Assembly (NCBI GenBank): GCA_001938485.1
Contig: MQRK01218788.1
Location: 1 to 64,000 of the forward strand
From: Girardia tigrina
Lineage: Eukaryota
DNA length: 64,000 nt
Reading direction: 5' to 3'
Each line of letters starts with the position of its first letter. Within the stretch, counting starts at the first letter, position 1. Under the pieces are notes generated by a model. The model did no database searches. It was not told the DNA's origin and worked only from the letters and a program-made list of their open reading frames with translations. Of the stretch, positions 24,401 to 36,400 are shown one piece after another. Both the position numbers and the translations under genes were made by a program.

Positions 24401-27400
24401 AGACATTCCTGGATTAATTTACGCATTTTATTGCAAAGTAATAAATAAAATGCTTTTAAAAATCGATGATGAAAGACAATAATATGATTAAAATGACGCT
24501 TGAAGCAAATCTGTGTTTGCATAATTAATTGAGTTGTGTCAATCATTGGATCCAATGAAGCTTTTTTGATTTTATATTCAAGTTTATTAATTATGTTTTT
24601 CTAATTGTGAACATTGGGTCAATATGAATGATGTAACAAAGTTTCATATTCAATGCAGTTTCAAAAAATCTTGAAAATAAATGATTGAACGAAGTAACCG
24701 TAGAATGTTTGATGTAATAGTAGGTTAAACGCCATTCTAGTAATATACTGTCACTAAGATCACACAAAATATTATTTCACAAATAGTTGTTGCTTACAAT
24801 CTATTATCATTTTGTCAAAAAACAAATTTTTGTATTAGATCGATGCATAAGTTTCCGACATTTGATAAAAAAGGGATAAAATTTTTTAATCGTCCCTAAA
24901 ATCCACGTGTTTATTTTTTTTATTATTCTGTAAATGGATACCAATAAAAATCCCATACGCCACTGTATATTATTTATGTTTAATCTTGGCAAAAAAGCGT
25001 CGCAAGCGAAGGACGAAATTTATCAAGCACATGGTACAGGTTCTGTTGGTCTTACAACGATCAAAGAATGGTACGCCAAGTTCAAGAACGACGAATTCAA
25101 CCTGGAGGATCAGCCGAAAGAAATGGAGGACGGAGAGCTTCTAGTTCTCTTAGAAGAGGATGATGGACAGTCAACCCGTGAACTGGCCAAGTGCGTCAAC
25201 GTTAACCAGTAGACTGTCCTACGGCGTCTGAATGCTCTAGGAAAGGTTCAGAAACAAAGACGATAGGATGAATCGCCATGGCCCACCTTACCCACCACCG
25301 AAGAAAATCGTTTTTATGGAGAATCGTCGCTGGGGACGAGAAATGGATGTATTATGATAACCCAGAACGAAAGAGGCAATGAGTAGACCTCGAACTCCAT
25401 CAACCTCTACCCCAAAACGCAATATCCATGGCAAGAAGGTCCTTCTGTGTATGTGGTTGGATATGAAGGGCTTTAATTTAATTTAATTTGATTTATTATG
25501 GGCTGTTGTATCCCGGGCAAACGGTTACCGCACAAAGCTATTGTGATCAGCCATCTAAGCTGACCGAAAAAATCCGCGAGTTAAGGAAATATGTGGGCCA
25601 TAGGGACGCAAGGTCATACTGTTGCATGATAACGCTAGACCACATGTTGCGTCGGCGACGGAAAAATATAATTTTAGCGCTTGGATGGGAGGTTCAGCAT
25701 CAGACCTATTCACCGGACTTGGCTCTAACAGATTTTCATTTTCAACATTTCAAAACACGCGATGAAGTCAAGAAATGCTTAGATGACTTCATTGATTCGA
25801 AAGATGAAGACTTTTTCAACAAAGGCATCTATTTGCTGCCACAAAGATGGCAAAAGTCCATCAATGTTAATGGTGAATACTTTGAAGATTAATCGTACGC
25901 CACTTTGCTTTAAAAAGTAAATAGTTTTAATTAAAAATTGTCGGAAATTTATGCATCACCCTAATTTTAAAATTATACTTGTTACTTTACTTTTTTATTA
26001 AATATCATTAGTGGAACTTGTGGCAGAAGATTATGGAGTTCTGTTTCAAGAAAGCACTCCAACCTGATTTTTATACATCTTCGATCAATCAATATTGGCA
26101 ACTTTAACAAATAAAACAGCATGATTGATGCGTTTTATTTTATTTTAATTAATATTACCGTTATTCTAGATCGAGTTCGTTATGTTTATTTCACACAAAT
26201 TATGAAATTTCTTTGTAATTTTTTGGACATTTTTCACAGAATAAATTATCCCAACTAAGAGGGAAGAAACCTGAATCTACGATGATGACAACTAAAAAAG
26301 ACTGCACGTTTTAACAGCTCATTTCTACACAAAAAGTAATATCCAAAGAAATTTGAAATGGTTTTTTAGTTACTGTTAAAGTGTTAAAGGTTGTTTACTC
26401 TAAAATAAAAAACGAAATTAGAAACTAATTAAAAACAAACATGTTAAGGAATTTTTAACAAATAATGAAATATTTGATCAAATAAATTACTTTCTGAAGG
26501 TTATCGTCTGTAAAATTTAATTTTTTTAATGCTATTTTTCATGTGTCCTCTTGACATTTAAAGTAAGATTGAACTTTTAAACTTATAAAGGAATCATTTG
26601 GTTTTTAAAATCAAATAAAAATTAGTGATGAAATAAAAGACCTTCAAGAAAAGGAAGATTAAAGTTGTGATGAATGAAAATATGAATGAATTCAGAAGAA
26701 CTATGAAAATCCTCTCTGGAGACAATGTTGCTATAGTTCAATCATCATAACTTGCATTAGTATTATAAAACTTTTCAAAAATAAAAAGTAACTACAAATG
26801 TTTTTTTGGGGTTACTTTTGGTGAACTTTAAATTTTTGATATTTTTTAAAAATCATATTTATATTTTAGATAAAGTAAAAATAATGTCGATTAATTAAAA
26901 TGAAATAATTCTTTAAAATAAAAATTTATGTTATAGATAATATATTTACTAATTAAGATAAATAAGATTTTTTAAAAAAAAATATATTTTATAGTAACAT
27001 TTCTACAAATTAAATCGAAATAATTTTTGTAAAAATTATAGTTCACAGATAGTATATTACTAATTAAAATGAAATAAGTTTTAAAAAAAATTTTAGAGTA
27101 ATGATAATATTTTAATTAAATTGGGAATTTTAATTAAAATTTTAATTAATTAAAGTTTTAAAAAATTCACAATTAAATATCATCTTCGAAGTTAAAGAAT
27201 ATTGTAAAGAAGATTTTTATATATTTTGTAACACTATTTAAAATAAAATCGTAATACTTTTTAATGTATAAAATCAATATTAAGAAAAATAAATTTTAAA
27301 AAGAATGTAATTTTATTTAAATCAAATAAAAGATTTTTATTAAAAAATAATTTATCATCGAATGATTAAAAATCAAAAAAAACATTTAAGAAATGAATTT

Positions 27401-30400
27401 TTAAAAATCTAAATTTAGATTTCAATTAATAAACGTTGTAAAAAATTAATAAAACAAAAAAACAACATATGATACAAAATTGAATAAAAATAACATATTT
27501 GTATATTTATCGATATTATTATTTATATTTAGAATTTTGAGATCTGGATTATGTAACTGAAATATTGTTCCTCACAAATTTGTTTCAATAATGAAAATTG
27601 TAATAGAAATAAAGTTTACAAAATTATGACTTCCAATTTTAATCACGAACCTAATAGCTTTAATTATCAAAATGGGAAATAATTCATTTTATTATCGAGT
27701 TTTTTTATATTTTCAGATCCAAATCGAGTGACTAGATTGAACCAATAAAAGATGTTGATATTCTGTAAAATATAAATTGTATGAACCATACTGTTATGAA
27801 TGTTAATGATGATAAGTTTTTTTTTCAAATTATGAGCAACTGAACACCAACTCCAGTACTTGTAATATAATGACAAGAATACTTAACAAACTTTTAATTT
27901 TATAAACCGTTATAGATTATCGCTTCATCGATATAAATTAGTTTTTTACTAAGTTTCTTTTTCTATTTTAAATGTAGAATTTGTTTTTGCACATATTTGG
28001 AATATTTTGTGAATAATTTAACATTAATAAATAAATTATAATTAATGAGAAAAAAATTAATTAATAAAAAAGAATAAATAATTAAAACATTATTAAATGC
28101 GAAAATCTGTAATGAATTACTTCAGAAAATCCAAATATTCCTTCGTCAAAAGAGCTGATCTACAAGCTTCCTCTTCGGCAATATTATTCTAGAAAGATCA
28201 TTGGTCATTTAAATACTTATTTTCAAAAACAAAATATTAAGAATTAGATAATTTTAGTATTTTTATGAATGGTCAGACTTCAAAATCGTAAATCTTTTTA
28301 CTCTTACACGTGAAAATAATATCCTATATTATTTGATACGAAATTAGAATAATTTAGCAAAAGTAATTCAGTTCTAAAATATATTATCATAAAAAGGTTC
28401 ATCAAAAGTAAATCGATTATGTACACTAAAATCTTTGAGGTCGATTTTTTTCGTACCGAGAACATTATTATGCCATTATTAGGTTAATAATTATAAAAAG
28501 TCCGACTGCTCAAGTACAATTTTCTTTTGACTTCTAAACATATCAGTTATCAGTAGGGCCCATGATTTATAGCCTCCCGCGGATTTTTTTGCCGCGCCGT
28601 GAATTTAATGTTTTTTAGAGAAAAATCGTCACGCCGCGATTTCACCAAACTGCCGCGGAATTAGTCTACCAGCGCTGAAAAAAATTATTAATGCATTTTT
28701 TTAATAAATTTATTGATGAAATGCATTAATATTTATGCTCAGTGCTGGTTGGCTAATTCCGCAGCTGTAATGAATTTAATTTCCGATATGGAAATTATTA
28801 AAATATTAATATTCGGATTATTAGGTTGTCTTAAAAGTTCCCGGTCAATAATGAAAACAATTTTTTTCTAATTTCTTTTTGGTATTATTTATTTGATATT
28901 GATATATATCGATTTATTTATAGTATTATATTGACTACGAGATTACAAAGCTTGAAATCCGTGTGTTGCTGCGTCACTATTGGAAGAAAGGCTTGACAAC
29001 ACGAGGTGCTGCCAAGGTAATTTACAAAGTAGAAGGTACAAAAACGGTCGGAAAAAGTACGGCAATTGATTGGTTCAAGCGTTTCAACAAAGGCAACTTT
29101 GACTCGAATTACAGTCCTTGTTCTGGACGACCAAAAAATTTGTATAACGATAACTTGCAAGCAGAGTTGGACATGAAGCCTTTGTCAAGCATTAGCGATT
29201 TGTCATTTAAGCTTGGAGTTGGAAAGTCAACCATACATTGGCATTTGAAGCAGCTCGACTTTGTGCACAAGAAACCGCATTAAGATCCAAACGAACTCAC
29301 CAAAGCACATGCCTATAAAAGAGTCCAAATTTGCCAACAACTACTACAGAATCCACTAGATTATCGTTTTTGGAAACGAAATGTGACGTCGGACGAGAAG
29401 TGGGTCTACTTGGTGAACCACAACCGAAACAAGTGATGGGTTCCAAACGCAGTCAGTTCCAAAACAAGATCGATTTAGCTTGAAAATCATGTTGAACAAG
29501 CATGTCAAGAGTTCTTCGATTCGAAGCAGCCGGAATGGTACTTTGACGAGATCCGAAAGCTTGCAGACCGTTGGCAGAAGGTAGTCGAAAACGATGGACT
29601 GTTTTTTGAAGATTAATTGTTATTTTTTTAAAATAAATTCTTGTACAAAAAATTATATTTTTCATTCTTGACCGGGAACTTTTAGGACAACCTAATAAAT
29701 CATAGAACTTAAAAACTAATTTTTGCAATATTTTTATTTCGTGAAGTAATTCAAACTGATGTGACTGTATTTTGGAGTGCGTACAGGGCAGACTGCCTTG
29801 TTTAGCAGCACTTGCTAAAGTTTACATTGAACTGTTGATATGGAACGTGCTTTCTCAAATTATGAATTGGTGTTGTCACCATTGAGATATTCTCTACCAC
29901 AAGAAGAACTGCGAGCTTACGGTGCAGTTTTTTCAACAAAAAAGATGAATTGTAAATGTTTTGATATATTTCTTTGAGTATTTATTGTGATTGGCTGATG
30001 AATAGAAATAAGAATAGAAAAAAAAGAATATAAAGTTATTAAACTTGTATTATTATTTGTTTTTATAAGTTTCCAGGGCTACACAAAGCATGTCGCGGTA
30101 AATCGTGGGCCCTAGTTATCAGCAATTTTTGTTTGAAATACAATTAAAAAAATTAAATTAATCTTTATTTTATTCAGATCATAAGTAAAGTGAGAAATTC
30201 TTATATGAATTTCGGTGTGACCAAATGCAGCTAGTACGAGTCTTAATATCAAAGAAATATCTGATTTTGTTGATTTAATCAAGTGCACATTGTACCGCAA
30301 ATTTGATTGGAATCACTTGGAGATTTTGGTCTTGAAAATGAGACTTGTTAATATCCGAAGCCAAAAGTTAATAAAGATAATTTTACAGGGGTTTTTGAAT

Positions 30401-33400
30401 AAGTTCCATCTCAAAGTCCACATATTATTAAAAATAATTGCGTTAGATATTACTCGAACATTATCTATAGATTTTGTTCCTTTGAGCAAATACAATAATA
30501 GTCAAGTTGTATACGTAATACTTGCATTGTAATTATCTAGAAGTTTGTGTCTAAAATGTATTTCTGTTGGTGATATTTTAACTGAACTAAATATATTACA
30601 CCCGTCTTTATTCAATATAAGGTAATAGTAATAACATGTAGATAATAAGTGAATTAAATCAACAATAAATAAAATGTTTGAAGACATTTAAAAATAATTT
30701 AATAATTTTACATGCATCATGTCCAGCCAAACACTAAAATAACGAGAAAAATCACTCATGTCGAATAATTTTTTTTATTATTTTATCTTATTTATTTTTT
30801 TATTTTATTTAACTAAGTCGAGTAAATCATATTTTTAATTCCTAGTCTGAGTAACATTGTGTCAGAACAATACTGATTTAATTTTAGTAATCTGCGGAAT
30901 AATTTAAATGATTTATAAATTAAAAATAATAAATTTATTTTAATAAAATTTAAAATTATAAAAATCGAAAGACAACAACACTAATCAATGAGAATTGAAA
31001 TATTCAATTAAATATAAGATTTAACCCACTTTATTGTGGTGTTTCAATTAGAGACATAATAAATCAGAGAATAAAAAATAATAAATATTTGATAAAATAG
31101 TAAAATTACAAATAAAAACACTCACCAAAAGCCCGAGACATTTGTTGTAAATATGTGAATTGACATTCTGCGCTGCATTCTCAAACCGTTTGATCATAAT
31201 GAAGTATACTAGAAGTCCCTGATGTTGCACAAATTTCTTACATGCTGCCGTACATTCGTCCGTTAAATTCCACAATGAACTCAAAGCAAATTTCAATATG
31301 AAATCGAAAATCGGTTCACCAATTTGTCTCAAACCGACCCTTATTGTTGACAGATACGATGAATCAGAGACCTTTTCGAGATCGGATTGTAGGACGCATT
31401 TCCGACAAATCAGAGTAAGAAGACTTTGAAAATTAGAATCATCATCGACCAATTGACAAAGTTCAGATTTTGAAAGTTCTGATGCGATAACGGAGATAAT
31501 GATGACACCTGCTTGATTGATATTGTCGATATCATGCTGACGCATACCGCGGAACACGAGTTGGGATAAGCGCAACTTATCGTATCGAGCATGTTGAATT
31601 ATGAAATCATTACAGATGATTAAAAAACAATTGACAACGAGTTGAGTAATAACGTTTGGATGGTCGAGAAAATTTATCAAAAGTCGAACGAGCTCAGATA
31701 ATTCATCAATCGGCCAACGTTCCGCCAAACAACCTTTGGTTAAATTATACACAACGGCCGTTACCGTGATCAATAGATCATGCTGATCAGGTTTCACCCG
31801 CTGCATATGACAAATCACAGTTGAATTAAGAGTTTCATCAAAAAATGAACGACTTCTCGTCCGTTCGAAAAGTAAATGTAATGCGATTGGTAAATATCGT
31901 CCATGATTGAGCGAATAAATCAAACTATTGAGAATTGTATATTTTGAGAAAGCCCCAATGAATGTTATTTGAGGATTTTCGCGAATAAATCGTTTCCATT
32001 CAGTTCGTTGTGATATTCGCGATAATGAAACGAACTCTGGATGATAGACAAAAGTTTTTAGTTGAGTTGATTTTCGTATTAACGCAAATATCGTCCGATA
32101 GCGGATAGAGTTTTGGTTACCAGATAAATCGATGAGGCGGATTGTTGAGAGAAATTTACTGGACAAGAGATCAAAGTCTGATCCTATAGAAATTGATTTG
32201 TCGATGGATTCACCGTGTTCGGACATATCGAGATAACGCAGACGCGTCATGGGATTTAGAATAAAGAATAAGTTACGGTACGCGACAGGAGGTAAGTAGT
32301 GAATATCGAGAAACTCTAGTCGATCAACGACAAACGACAGACTCGAGAGATCATCAACTTCGGAACTGTTAATATTTATATGAAGTGTCAATTTAGTGTA
32401 TCATTTAATGAATAATAAAAAATAAATAAGAACAATTAATACTACCGTGTTCTCCCTATTACAAGCCATTCCTGCTTTTTTCTTCAATTTTGTAAAAAAA
32501 TAATTACAAGCCCCAGAAAATATATTATTTTAAAAAAGTCAAAGTATTAAAAAAGCCGCTTTTTTATTCTTACACACGAATTTTTAAAAAATTTTAGTTA
32601 GGGAACATTTTGAAAAAAAGTAATAATAATTATTTTTTTCAAAATATCGTGTTTATTTTAAATAGCATACATTACTTTGTAAAAATATTTTTGTTTTTTT
32701 AAAAGTCAAGAATGAACAATGGTGTGTATGTTTTACAATCTGAAAAGGCTTGTTCCACCAAAAGTGTGCTTAAAAAATGGATTGATATAAATTTTACATT
32801 GATGTTTCGAGGTGGCAGGCGGGATTTAATGATATGGGATTCTGCATCCACAAATCGAGCTTTGATTATGAAGGCTTTTTTTAAACACGAAAGATTGATC
32901 TTATTGTTATTCCAGCTGGAATGAAACTTTTCAGAAGCTTTTCAGAAACTTTAATTCATAAACATCAAATTTATGGTGAATAAATTAAAAATACTTTGGA
33001 AAAAACAACAGAAACAGTCCGTTAATTGGAGATATTTGTTGAGGATGTTGACTTTCATGATGAACCTGTTATTTTTTAATAAATATTGTGATTTATCGTT
33101 AGACTTACTTGTTGAAGTTATAATATATTAGACTTATGATGCTTATTGTTGATATGTTAAAGTGGTGTAGTATATATAATTCTAATATACGAGATTTATT
33201 CAAATTTTGTAATAAAAATTGATACATGCCACTAACTCATTACAAGCCACTATCGCTTTTTTGTCAAAAATTTAATACAAGCCATGGCTTGTAATAGGGA
33301 GAACACGGTAGAACGTGATAAATTATAAAATTATTGTTGCTTAAAAGAAATAGGTAAAATTGAAAACATATTTTTTTGAAAACACAATTTAAATATTTTC

Positions 33401-36400
33401 CTAGAATAAATAATATTTAAAATTTAATTAGGTTTATTTTATCCTCGAATTTATTAGAAATAGACCATTTTCATGATTATGGTGTTGCCAGTTTAAATAA
33501 GGTGAATATTTAATGACCCGATATTTTATTAATGTACCAGATGACCAGAAATTTTGTTTTGGAGATTGCAATTTTCATGATGGAAGAGCCCATGATTTTT
33601 AAATGTCTGATATATTGGCAGGTTTGCTGATATTTGTTTCAATGAAACCGAACTGAAAGTACTGTAATATTTGTAGTACTTAAAACTGCAAAGGAGCGAT
33701 TGAATGAAATTTGTATCATAACTGTGTAGATTGTTTGATACACCCATTTCCGATTAGATATGCCATATAGGCATTTAAAAATGACAATAAATATTATGTT
33801 TCATTTATATTGATTTTTTATTATGTTTTTTGGTTTTTTCTCACGTCATAAATCAAATAATTTGATTTGCATCATTTGATTTATGATTATTTACATCTTG
33901 AAGATTTTTTAGGATTTATTTGATGCATGATATACACCTATTCCCCATTATAAATATTATAAATACCACGTAGGCATTTGCAAATGACATCATTTATATG
34001 ATTTAATGACTTTCGAGTCGTTTTACGCTTAGTAAAGTTCATTTTTTGTTAATTAATTTAGGATTATTTATGAATTAATTTGTGATTCTTTATGAATTAA
34101 TTTGTGATTATTTATTAATTAATTTGTGATTATTTATACATTAATTTGTGATTATTAATTAATTAATTTGTGATTATTTATGAATTAATTTGTGATTATT
34201 TATTAATTAATTTGTGATTATATTATGAATAAATTTGTGATTATTTATTAATTAATTTGTGATTATTTATTAATTACTTTGTGATTATTTATTAATTAAT
34301 GTGTGATTAATTATGCATTAATTTGTGATTATTGAAACAAGCATCGTTAACGATATATCGTCGCTCCCTAAATAAAATCTTATCAAAATCTTAAATATTA
34401 GCTCTAGAATTACCACAGTTACCTTGTTGCAAAAGATTATTACTCTCACGTCCCCGATTTTCTAATGAGCCATCCGCGATTTAAGAGTACTAGTCTCTGT
34501 ATTTAGACATGCATGGCTTAATCTTTGAGAATAGCATATGACTACTGGCAGGATCAGCCAGATATGTAAAAAAATCATAACTATTCATGTGCTAAACTTT
34601 TCGGTCCAGTAGTGACTCAGTTAAATTGCCGGTAGCAAACTAGCACTAATTTCTTAACACCATCCACATATCAATCGTTGCTACCTACTACTACACCTGT
34701 TCCCGATTAGATGTGCCATGTGGGCATTCTATTAGATTCCTGGATGAAAATATATGTAAATTAATTGGAAAAAAGTAATCTAAGCAATGGAAATGGATCT
34801 GAGGGTCATTCTGATGAGAAATGTCAAATTATGAAGAATGGGTAGAAAAAATCCGAACAAACCTCATCACATACTAACAAGACACATATAACTTCGATAC
34901 AAACACGGATATATACATAATTTAGAAGCATTTGTCAGAACCGTAAGCATTTATATATGTCACTTGACACTTTAAAAAAATAAATTAATAATCATAAATT
35001 AATAAATATTAATAATTAATTCATAAATAATTACAAATTAATTCATAATATAATCACAAATTAATTCATAAATATTCACAAATTCATTAATAAATAATCA
35101 CAAATTAATTCATAAATAATCACAAATTAATTCATAAATAATCACAAATTCATTAATAAATAATCACAAATTAATTCATAATATAATCACAAATTAATTC
35201 ATAAATATTCACAAATTCATTAATAAATAATCACAAATTCATTAAGAAATAATCACAAATTAATTAATAAATAATCACAAATTAATTCATAAATAATCAC
35301 AAATTAATTCATAAATATTCCCAAATTAATTCATAAATAATCACAAATTAATTCATAAATAATCACAAATTAATTCATAAATAATCACAAATTNNNNNNN
35401 NNNNNNNNNNNNNNNNNNNNNNNNNNNNNNNNNNNNNNNNNNNNNNNNNNNNNNNNNNNNNNNNNNNNNNNNNNNNNNNNNNNNNNNNNNNNNNNNNNNN
35501 NNNNNNNNNNNNNNNNNNNNNNNNNNNNNNNNNNNNNNNNNNNNNNNNNNNNNNNNNNNNNNNNNNNNNNNNNNNNNNNNNNNNNNNNNNNNNNNNNNNN
35601 NNNNNNNNNNNNNNNNNNNNNNNNNNNNNNNNNNNNNNNNNNNNNNNNNNNNNNNNNNNNNNNNNNNNNNNNNNNNNNNNNNNNNNNNNNNNNNNNNNNN
35701 NNNNNNNNNNNNNNNNNNNNNNNNNNNNNNNNNNNNNNNNNNNNNNNNNNNNNNNNNNNNNNNNNNNNNNNNNNNNNNNNNNNNNNNNNNNNNNNNNNNN
35801 NNNNNNNNNNNNNNNNNNNNNNNNNNNNNNNNNNNNNNNNNNNNNNNNNNNNNNNNNNNNNNNNNNNNNNNNNNNNNNNNNNNNNNNNNNNNNNNNNNNN
35901 NNNNNNNNNNNNNNNNNNNNNNNNNNNNNNNNNNNNNNNNNNNNNNNNNNNNNNNNNNNNNNNNNNNNNNNNNNNNNNNNNNNNNNNNNNNNNNNNNNNN
36001 NNNNNNNNNNNNNNNNNNNNNNNNNNNNNNNNNNNNNNNNNNNNNNNNNNNNNNNNNNNNNNNNNNNNNNNNNNNNNNNNNNNNNNNNNNNNNNNNNNNN
36101 NNNNNNNNNNNNNNNNNNNNNNNNNNTTAATTCATAAATAATCACAAATTAATTCATAAATAATCACAAATTAATTCATAAATAATCACAAATTAATTAA
36201 TAAATATTCACAAATTAATTCAAAAATAATCACAAATTAATTAATTTGTGATTATTTATTAATTTTTTTAAAGTGTCAAGTGACATATATAAATGCTTAC
36301 GGTTCTTACAAATGCTTCTAAATTATGTATATATATATATGTGAATAAAGGTGTGATTTCATTATATGTTAGATAACAAAGGCAAGCAGTCTTTCTAGGC

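Noticed and set aside
34806-34850. Hammerhead ribozyme core (CTGATGAG...GAAA)
   Set aside because: No convincing stems II and III; the same applies to CTGATGA at about 1230 and in the solo LTRs.
34050-36240. CRISPR-like repeat array
   Set aside because: Contiguous 22-bp units with no unique spacers, no cas genes, and a eukaryotic context.
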